Below, one piece after another: positions 49,727 through 56,786 of a DNA stretch of 64,000 nt (the first letter of the stretch is position 1; each line of letters starts with the position of its first letter). The stretch comes from Longimicrobiales bacterium (GTDB taxonomy: Bacteria > Gemmatimonadota > Gemmatimonadetes > Longimicrobiales > Gaopeijiaceae), in contig OZ241869.1 of NCBI GenBank assembly GCA_965202805.1, positions 3,264,001 to 3,328,000 of the forward strand. Reading direction: 5' to 3'. Under the pieces are notes generated by a model. The model saw only the letters and a list, made by a program, of their open reading frames with translations, searched no databases and had not been told where the DNA came from. The position numbers and the translations under genes are program-made.

Positions 49727-51303
49727 TCGCCCGCCCGCCCGGAATTGGCTTGGTTGCCGCGCTGCGTCGGCCACGGCGAGCCTGCATAACCACCGTTCGT
49801 CGACTCCGTCTCGACGATCCCGTGTATGGTGCCCCCGTCCCGATCAAAGAAGGAGGTGGCGATGATCGTGCCATCGATACCGATGGCGGGCGATGCGGAG
49901 ATGCGGCCACCCGGGTGGTAATCCCACAGGAGCTTGCCCTGGGCGTCGAGCGCCGTGACGGCACGGCCCGCGGCGATATAGACGTTGCCGTCCACCCCCA
50001 AGAGCGGCGTGGTCCTGGACCCGGACGTCCCTGAATCGAAGTGCCAGCGAATCGAGCCGCCAGGATTGATGGCGAACACGCCCTCGCCCAGGACATAGAT
50101 CGCGCCATCCGGACCGATGGAGGGCGGCGACTGGATACTTTGGAACGAAGCCCCCCCGCGCCTCACCACGACGCTCCATCGCTCGCTCCCCTCCGGGTCA
50201 ACCGCGTAGAGCCGACCGTCGTAGGAGGCGACGTAGATCGTGCCGTCCGCGCCGATCGATGGCGGTGCCCCGATCAGGTCCCCCGTCTTGAACGTCCACC
50301 GCGGCGAGCCATCGTGGTTGATCGCATGCAAGGCTTGATCGTTCCCGCCGACGTAGATCGTGCCGTCGCCCGCGATTGCCGGCGAGGAACGGCTGAAGGT
50401 TCTGCCGGGGGTTTCGTAGGTCCAATGGATCTCGCCTTGGGGATCGACCGCGTGGACGTGGCGGCCGCCGGCCACGTAGATGGTGCCGTCGGGCGCGAGA
50501 GCCGGAGACGACCAGATCGCATCGAGGCCGTCCAGTATCCACCGAATGGACCCGCCGGGATCCACGGCGATGAGGCTGCCGGCAGTGCCGCTGTCGGACC
50601 AGGAGCCGAGATACAGCGTCCCGTCGGCCCCGATGGCGGGCGTCGAAGAGCCGGTACGAGGTAGGATCAAGGTCCAGAGAACGCCGCCCTGTGGCGAGAG
50701 GGCGGACCAATGACTTCGTTGGCCAACGTTGTCATTCCACCCGACGTAGATCGTGCCGTCGGCTCCGATCGCGACGCCGGCCCTGATCGATCCTGTCCCT
50801 GCCCCTTCCGCAAAAGACCATTCGAGCGGAACGGACCAGTCGACGCGCGCCCGTTCCCGAACGGTGACCATGATGTCGCCCGACACCCCCTGACTGGTCG
50901 CAGTGATGGTCGCAGTGCCATCGCTCAAACCGGTTACAACACGGATGGCGCCACCGTGGCCCAGAATGGTGTCCCCGCTCACGCCCGCGATCTCGGGCGA
51001 GGAGGACGACCACGCAAAACGGCCGGGATCCCACGCCATGCTGTATAACTCGGTCCCGTCCGCCCTCAGTGCCGATGCCGATGCGTAGAACCGGGTGCCG
51101 AGGAAGCCGATGGTTCGTTCCGATGGCAGTACCCAGATCGACGCAACGACCGTGTCGGCGGCCGGAGGAGCGACAGTGTCCGGGGCTGAGGGAGCGGCCG
51201 GGGTGGCGCGGTCTCCGCCGCACCCGCCGATGGCCAGCGACAGAAACGCGCTCGCCGCAGGCAAGGCCCCCGCCCTGCGGGGCAGGATGACATCTACAAC
51301 CAT
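49723..51303 (-). CDS. Lipoprotein with Ig-like (Big_2) domain and PQQ-like beta-propeller (copy A)
   Basis: Lipobox IGGC; WSSSSPEIA...GTATITATSQG (Big_2); repeated S(S/T)PAIG.DGTIYV blades. Confidence 0.85.
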   Translation of the reverse strand: MVVDVILPRRAGALPAASAFLSLAIGGCGGDRATPAAPSAPDTVAPPAADTVVASIWVLPSERTIGFLGTRFYASASALRADGTELYSMAWDPGRFAWSSSSPEIAGVSGDTILGHGGAIRVVTGLSDGTATITATSQGVSGDIMVTVRERARVDWSVPLEWSFAEGAGTGSIRAGVAIGADGTIYVGWNDNVGQRSHWSALSPQGGVLWTLILPRTGSSTPAIGADGTLYLGSWSDSGTAGSLIAVDPGGSIRWILDGLDAIWSSPALAPDGTIYVAGGRHVHAVDPQGEIHWTYETPGRTFSRSSPAIAGDGTIYVGGNDQALHAINHDGSPRWTFKTGDLIGAPPSIGADGTIYVASYDGRLYAVDPEGSERWSVVVRRGGASFQSIQSPPSIGPDGAIYVLGEGVFAINPGGSIRWHFDSGTSGSRTTPLLGVDGNVYIAAGRAVTALDAQGKLLWDYHPGGRISASPAIGIDGTIIATSFFDRDGGTIHGIVETESTNGGYAGSPWPTQRGNQANSGRAGE

Positions 51304-51371
51304 TGGATCCTCCAGCTTCGGCAGCCGAGCTTCATCTTCCGTCCTCCTTGCTCAGAAAGCCCGCGAAGGTT

Positions 51372-51515
51372 GGAAGCCGATGGTTCGTTCGGATGGCGTT
51401 ATCCGGATCGACGCGACAACCGGGCGGACGCTGAGGGAGCGGCGTGGCCCGGGACGAAGCTCGCGGCCAGCAGCAGCGCCGAGGCCGCCGGGGCAGAGAA
51501 ACGCCGGCCGTTCAA
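51372..51515 (-). pseudogene. Chimeric stub: SusC-like signal peptide fused to a piece of the propeller-gene N-terminus
   Basis: LNGRRFSAPAASALLLAASFVPG (as in the start of the 49726 gene) followed, with a frameshift, by VVASIRITPSERTIGF. Confidence 0.75.
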
Positions 51516-53092
51516 CCCCCTGCCCGCCCGGCATTGGCTGGATTGCCGCGCTCCGTCGGCCAGGGCGAGCCGGCGTAGCCGCCGTTCGCCGACTCCGTCT
51601 CGACGATCCCGTGTATGGTGCCCCCGTCCGAGTAGGAGAAGGAGGTCGCGATGATCGTGCCATCGACACCGATGGCGGGCGATCCGTGGACCCTGACATC
51701 CGAAAGGACATCGCCGCCCGGCTGGTATTCCCAAAGGAGCCTGCCCTGAGCGTCGAGCGCCGTGACGGCGAAGCCCACGCCGATATAGACGTTGCCGTTC
51801 GCCCCCAGGATCGGCGTCGTCCTGTACCCGGACGTCCGTGAATGGAAGTGCCAGCGAATCGAGCCGTCGGGATTGATGGCGAACAGGCCCGTGCCCAGGA
51901 CATGGATCGCGCCGTCGGGGCCGATCGACGGCGCCGACTGGACCCTTACGTGACTCACCGAGACGCTCCATCGCTCGCTCCCGTCGGGATTCACCGCGTA
52001 GAGCAGCCCGTCGAACGTACCGAAATAGATCGTGCCGTCCGGGCCGATCGACGATGGCGACCAGACCCGGTCTGACGCCTTGAACGTCCACTTCAGTGAG
52101 CCGTCACGGTCGATCGCGTACAGGCGCTCGTCAATCCCGCCGACGTAGATCGTGCCGTCGCTCGCGACTGCCGGCGAGGAAAAGCCGAAGGTGTCGTCGG
52201 AGGTCTCGTAGATCCACTGGATCTCGCCCCGGGGATCGACCGCGTGGACGTGGTGGCCGCCGGCCACGTGGATGGTCCCGTCCGGCCCGATGGCCGGAGA
52301 CGACGTGATTCCGTCGAGCCCGTCCAGTACCCACTGTACGAACCCGGCCGGATCCACGGCGACCAGGCTGCCGGGCGCGCGGATTCCGGACCCGAGATAA
52401 AGCGCCCCGTCGGCCCCGATGGCGGGCGTCGACCAGCTCATGTTGGGAAGCTCCAAGGTCCAAAGCATGCCTCCCTGCGGCGAGAGGGCATGCCAACGGC
52501 TTCGTTCCGCATGGTCGTCATTCCATCCGACGTAGATCGTCCCGTCGGCTCCGATCGTGACGCCGGCCTTGATCGATCCTCCCCCTCTCCCTTCCGCAAA
52601 GGACCATTCGAGCGGAACGGACCAGTCGACGCGCGCCCGTTCCCGAACGGTGACCGTCAGCCTCCCCGTCACCCCCTGACTGGTCGCCGTGATCGTCGCC
52701 GTGCCGTCGCTCAACCCCGTGACAAAACGAGTGGACCCGCCGGTGCTCAGAATGCTGTCCCCGCTCATGGACGCGATCTCGGGCGCGGAGGACGACCACG
52801 CAAAACGGCCGGGATCACGGGCCGTACGGTAAAGCGTGGTGCCGTCCGCGGCCAGCGCCTCTGCATATGGGCGGAACCGGGTGCCGAGGAAGCCGATGGT
52901 TCGTTCGGATGGCGTGATCCGGATCGACGCGACGACCGTGTCCGGGCCGGACGGAGCGACTGTGTCCGGGGCCGAGGGACCGGCCGGCGCGGCGCGCTCT
53001 CCGCCGCACCCGCCAAGAACCAGCCACAGGCACGCGCTAGCGGTTGGCGGGATCCCCGCCCCGCGCAGCCGGATCAACCGGTGTACCGTCAT
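51512..53092 (-). CDS. Lipoprotein with Ig-like (Big_2) domain and PQQ-like beta-propeller (copy B)
   Basis: Lipobox LGGC; same architecture as copy A with long identical stretches. Confidence 0.85.
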   Translation of the reverse strand: MTVHRLIRLRGAGIPPTASACLWLVLGGCGGERAAPAGPSAPDTVAPSGPDTVVASIRITPSERTIGFLGTRFRPYAEALAADGTTLYRTARDPGRFAWSSSAPEIASMSGDSILSTGGSTRFVTGLSDGTATITATSQGVTGRLTVTVRERARVDWSVPLEWSFAEGRGGGSIKAGVTIGADGTIYVGWNDDHAERSRWHALSPQGGMLWTLELPNMSWSTPAIGADGALYLGSGIRAPGSLVAVDPAGFVQWVLDGLDGITSSPAIGPDGTIHVAGGHHVHAVDPRGEIQWIYETSDDTFGFSSPAVASDGTIYVGGIDERLYAIDRDGSLKWTFKASDRVWSPSSIGPDGTIYFGTFDGLLYAVNPDGSERWSVSVSHVRVQSAPSIGPDGAIHVLGTGLFAINPDGSIRWHFHSRTSGYRTTPILGANGNVYIGVGFAVTALDAQGRLLWEYQPGGDVLSDVRVHGSPAIGVDGTIIATSFSYSDGGTIHGIVETESANGGYAGSPWPTERGNPANAGRAGG

Positions 53093-53244
53093 CGGATCCC
53101 CCAGGTGCGGCAGTTGAGCTTCATGTTTCTTCTACCCCAGCTGACGAGCCCGTGATCGCCGGCAAAGCGTAGGCCAGCAACCCGCTGGACGACGAGATGC
53201 GCGCATAAGAGAGGACCTGTGGAAGGTAACCGAACTCTCACACA

Positions 53245-53300
53245 CCCCGGAACCCGAGGGCTGGTTGCTAGCCGTTGCAACCAGCCCTCGGACTCCGGGG
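53245..53300 (-). terminator. Strong hairpin downstream of the 53335..53799 gene (terminator-like or RNA-stabilising)
   Basis: CCGAGGGCTGGTTGC (53254-53268) pairs with GCAACCAGCCCTCGG (53277-53291), extended by CCCCGGA/TCCGGGG; no clear U-tract. Confidence 0.5.
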
Positions 53301-53334
53301 GCAACCCTGTCGCCCTCAACGACAAGGGCTTCAA

Positions 53335-53799
53335 CTACGCTTCGCAATCAGGATTGTACTCATCCTGCTCTATATATTCGAGAGTGATTGAGGTCGACTC
53401 ACTGTCGGCATCTGTGACCCACAATTCCAGTTCTCCGGGGGCGGAGACGTAGCCGCTGGCGATCTGGTTCGGCCCCAACGGACCGTCCTCCGCATCGGCA
53501 TCGCTGAGCTCTCCTCCCCAGGAGAACTCGTAGGGCGCTGTGCCGCCCGACGCGATGCCATACGCCACGCAGTACTGCCCATCCTGCACCACAGCCGGAA
53601 AGTTGATGTCGATACTCAAGGCCCCGTCGGCATTGGCGTCCGGGACGATCTCCGCCGGCGCGTGGACCGGGCCGACGGGGACTCGTTCCATCTGAGCGCC
53701 CGACGGCAGAATCCACGCGCCGATGACCAGCGCCGTCACGGCGACGCCGATGACCTTGAGCCCCATCGCCCCTCTGTTCTGCTCGGTGACCGTTTTCAT
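53335..53799 (-). CDS. Hypothetical exported protein with Ig/PKD-like motif
   Basis: RBS GGAGG before ATG 53799; N-terminal hydrophobic segment; ASGGTAPYEFSW...LWVTDA. Confidence 0.65.
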   Translation of the reverse strand: MKTVTEQNRGAMGLKVIGVAVTALVIGAWILPSGAQMERVPVGPVHAPAEIVPDANADGALSIDINFPAVVQDGQYCVAYGIASGGTAPYEFSWGGELSDADAEDGPLGPNQIASGYVSAPGELELWVTDADSESTSITLEYIEQDEYNPDCEA

Positions 53800-53916
53800 G
53801 GTCCGCCTCCTTTTTCTGGGCCGATTCCCTATGAAGCGGCCCGTGTTCGGTTGGCCGAACCGGCTCGTCCGATCCGACAATCCCAGTATTCGCAGCACAT
53901 GTGAGCGCTCCATAGA

Positions 53917-53972
53917 GGGAAAACCCTGAACTCAATAGGGGGAAAACCCTGAATCTCGTGAGGGGAAAATCC
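53917..53972. repeat. Three GGGAAAA(C/T)CC boxes at 23-bp period
   Basis: Copies start at 53917, 53940 and 53963, upstream of the minus-strand gene starting at 53799. Confidence 0.7.
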
Positions 53973-54058
53973 CCTCAAGCGACGAAGATGAATCCCTGCG
54001 GCCGGACCGCGAGCGTGAACGCCCTGAATCGGCCAACCCAACAAGTCGAGGCGCACCG

Positions 54059-54613
54059 TTGTGGAAGCATTCCGGGAAGACGCACGGCCACCGTGTGAAC
54101 CGCAAGGGGTCGAAGCGGTTGCACCGCCTATGGAATCTGCCGCACTACGGCGCGCGGGCGAATCTGTTGTCGAGACGCGACAAGGCGGAGATCGGAGTTC
54201 TGGAGGTCCTTTACACGGACTTCACTGAACTCCACTTCGCTGGCGGCGTCCGGAAGGCATGGCTGATTCCGCTCCTCGACCCGCGACCCGCTATGTCCCG
54301 GGCTTCGCGGTTGGGGAACGGGCAAACAAACTCCCCGGATTGGCACTGGATGCCTGGGGCGCGGCGGAGCGGACCCTGACACGCTACCGCGACTCCGCTC
54401 GAAGGCGTGATCGTTGACCAGGACCGGGACTCCGTGTTCACCGGCTACGCGTGGACCGACCGGCTCCTGGGGGCGCGGGTGCGGCTCTCCTACGCGCTCC
54501 GAGGGCCCAAGGACAACCCGGAGATGGAGACTTCTTCGGTCGCTTCAAGGTGGAGAACCGATCGCTGATCCTCGATGCCCGAGTCCCTCGAGGAACTCCA
54601 GACCATCGTCGGA
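54059..54613 (+). mobile_element. Degenerate IS3-family transposase fragment (rve integrase core)
   Basis: Across frameshifts: VNRK..KRL, LYTDFTEL, IVDQDRDSVFTGYAW, RLSYALRGPKDNPEME and FFGRFKVEN; no intact ORF or IS ends. Confidence 0.75.
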
Positions 54614-54758
54614 GGAAGCCGATGGTTCGTTCGGGTGGCGTTATCCAGATCGACGCGACAACCGGAGCGGAGGCTGAGGGAGTGGCGTGGCCCGGGACGA
54701 AGCTTGCCGCCGGAAGCAACGCCGAGGCCATCGAGGCGGCGAAACGCCAGCCGTTCAT
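54614..54758 (-). pseudogene. Chimeric stub: SusC-like signal peptide fused to a piece of the propeller-gene N-terminus (second copy)
   Basis: MNGWRFAASMASALLPAASFVPGHATPSASAPVVASIWITPPERTIGF; homologous to 51372..51515. Confidence 0.75.
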
Positions 54759-56362
54759 CCGCCCGCCCGCCCGGTATTGGATCGGTCGCCGCGCTGCGTC
54801 GGCCAGGGCGAGCCGGCGTAGCCGCCGTTCGTCGACTCGGTTTCGACGATCCCGTGTATCGTGCCCCCGTCGGTGTGGGAGACGGAGGTCGCGATGATCG
54901 TGCCATCGACACCGATGGCGGGCGACGCGCGGACGCGGATATTCGAGATGGCGTCGCCACCGGGCTGGTAGCTCCACAGGTGCCTGCCCTGGGCGTCGAG
55001 CGCCGTGACGCCGGGGCCCGCGCCGATATAGACGTTGCCGTCCGCCCCCAGGATCGGCGTGCTCCTTACCCCGGATCCTGAACCGAAGTGCCAGCGAATC
55101 GAGCCGTCCGGATTGATGGCGAACACGCCCCTGCCGAGGACATAGATCGCGCCGTCCGGCCCGATCGAAGGCGGCGAGTTGACCTGTGTAGAGGAGCCCT
55201 CGAAGCCCTCGACAGGGCGTATCACCACGACGCTCCATCGCTCGCTGCCGTCGGGGTCCACGGCGTAGAGCCGACCGTCGTAGGAGGGGACGTAGATCGT
55301 GCCGTCCGCGCCGATTGAAGGCGCCGTCCTGATCAGGTCCCCCGTCTTGAACGTCCACCGCGGCGAGCCGTCGCGGTCGATCGCATGCAAGGCATGATCG
55401 TCCCCGCCGACGTAGATCGTGCCGTCGCTCGCGACTGCGGGCGAGGAAAAGGTGAAGTTTCTGATGGGGGTCTCGTAAGTCCACCGGATCCCACCTTGGG
55501 GATCGACCGCGTGGACTTGGCGCCCGCCGGCCACGTGGATGGTCCCGTTCGGCCCCAGGGCCGGAGACGAACTGATCGCATCGAGGTCGTCGAGTATCCA
55601 CCGAATGGACCCGCCGGGATTCACGGCGACCAGAATGCCCCGGGAGCCTCTTTCGGAGCCGAAGTACAGCGTCCCGTCGGCCCCGATGGCGGGCATCCCA
55701 AAGTCGGTGAGCCCAGGCACGTCCACAGTCCAGAGAATGGCTCCCTGAGGCGAGAGGGCGTACCAATGGCTTGTTTGCGCGGGTTTGTCAATCCATCCGA
55801 CGTAGATCGTGCCGTCGGCTCCTATCGCGGCACCGGCGCCGATCAATATCAGCCCCCCCGCATTCGGAAAAGACCATTCGAGCGGAACGGACCATGCAAC
55901 GCGCGCCCGCTCCCGAACCGTGACCGTCAGCCTGCCCGTCACCCCCCGGCTGGTCGCGGTGATGATCGCCGTGCCGTCGCTCAAGCCCGTGACGGTACGA
56001 GTGGCCAGGCCGTTGCTCCGGATGCTGTCCCCGCTCACGGCCGCGATCTCGGGCGCGGAGGACGACCACGCGAAAAGGCCGGGATCGTCACCCGAGTCGT
56101 ACAGCGTGGTGCCGTCCGCGGCCAGCGCCGCCGCTCCCGTGTGGAACCGGGTGCCGAGGAAGCCGATGGTGCGTTCGGATGGCGTGATCCGGATCGACGC
56201 GACGACCGTGTTAGGCGCCGTGGGACCGACCGTGTCGGGGGCCGAGGGAGCGACCGGCGCGGCGCGATCTTCGCCGCATCCGCCGAGAACCAGCCACAGG
56301 CACGCGCTCGCGGTTGGCGGGATACCCGCCCCGCACCGCCGGATCATCCGGTGTACCGTCAT
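54755..56362 (-). CDS. Lipoprotein with Ig-like (Big_2) domain and PQQ-like beta-propeller (copy C)
   Basis: Lipobox LGGC; same architecture as copies A and B. Confidence 0.85.
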   Translation of the reverse strand: MTVHRMIRRCGAGIPPTASACLWLVLGGCGEDRAAPVAPSAPDTVGPTAPNTVVASIRITPSERTIGFLGTRFHTGAAALAADGTTLYDSGDDPGLFAWSSSAPEIAAVSGDSIRSNGLATRTVTGLSDGTAIITATSRGVTGRLTVTVRERARVAWSVPLEWSFPNAGGLILIGAGAAIGADGTIYVGWIDKPAQTSHWYALSPQGAILWTVDVPGLTDFGMPAIGADGTLYFGSERGSRGILVAVNPGGSIRWILDDLDAISSSPALGPNGTIHVAGGRQVHAVDPQGGIRWTYETPIRNFTFSSPAVASDGTIYVGGDDHALHAIDRDGSPRWTFKTGDLIRTAPSIGADGTIYVPSYDGRLYAVDPDGSERWSVVVIRPVEGFEGSSTQVNSPPSIGPDGAIYVLGRGVFAINPDGSIRWHFGSGSGVRSTPILGADGNVYIGAGPGVTALDAQGRHLWSYQPGGDAISNIRVRASPAIGVDGTIIATSVSHTDGGTIHGIVETESTNGGYAGSPWPTQRGDRSNTGRAGG

Positions 56363-56564
56363 CGGGTCCTCCAGGTGCGGCAGTTGAGCTTCATGTTTCT
56401 TCTACCCCAGCTGACGAGCCCGTGATCGCCGGCAATGTCCAGGCCAGCAACCCGCTGGACCTAAGCGAAGGATCGCTTGAACAGGCTCCAACGTGTCTTG
56501 GTGCCGGTGGTATTCACGTCGCCCATGACCACTCCAGGGGTCTCTTGGGTGAGAGACGGCAAGA

Positions 56565-56756
56565 CCCGGATTCCCGCCATTGGTTGCCGTCTTCCCCGTC
56601 ATTGCGGGATGGCAGAACCATACACGACGTAACGGCAAGTACGGCAGATCGTGCAAGTCCCAATTGAACTTATGCAACTTCTTGCACGTGATTTTGCGCA
56701 ACCCCGATCCTGCCATTTTGGCAGACTTGCCCCCGCGAAACCTGCCATTTTGGCAG
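56565..56756 (-). repeat. Right arm of the degenerate inverted repeat, ending in paired palindrome copy 3 at the uvrA promoter
   Basis: Palindromes at 56710 and 56742; 56565..56693 is reverse-complement similar to 48976..49102; candidate -10 TAGTAT at 56772. Confidence 0.75.
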
Positions 56757-56786
56757 ACGCCCCCCAACCCGTAGTATGTTTTTCGC

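Noticed and set aside
54059..54613. IS3 remnant as the active mobiliser of the island
   Set aside because: Multiple frameshifts, missing N-terminus and no terminal repeats; the long inverted arms do not resemble short IS3 TG...CA ends.
49723..56460. Diversity-generating retroelement or shufflon explaining the propeller paralogs
   Set aside because: No reverse transcriptase or site-specific recombinase is in the window, differences are not adenine-specific by eye, and all copies share one orientation.
48076..56700. Integron cassette array
   Set aside because: No integron integrase and no convincing attC (RYYYAAC...GTTRRRY) structures between genes.
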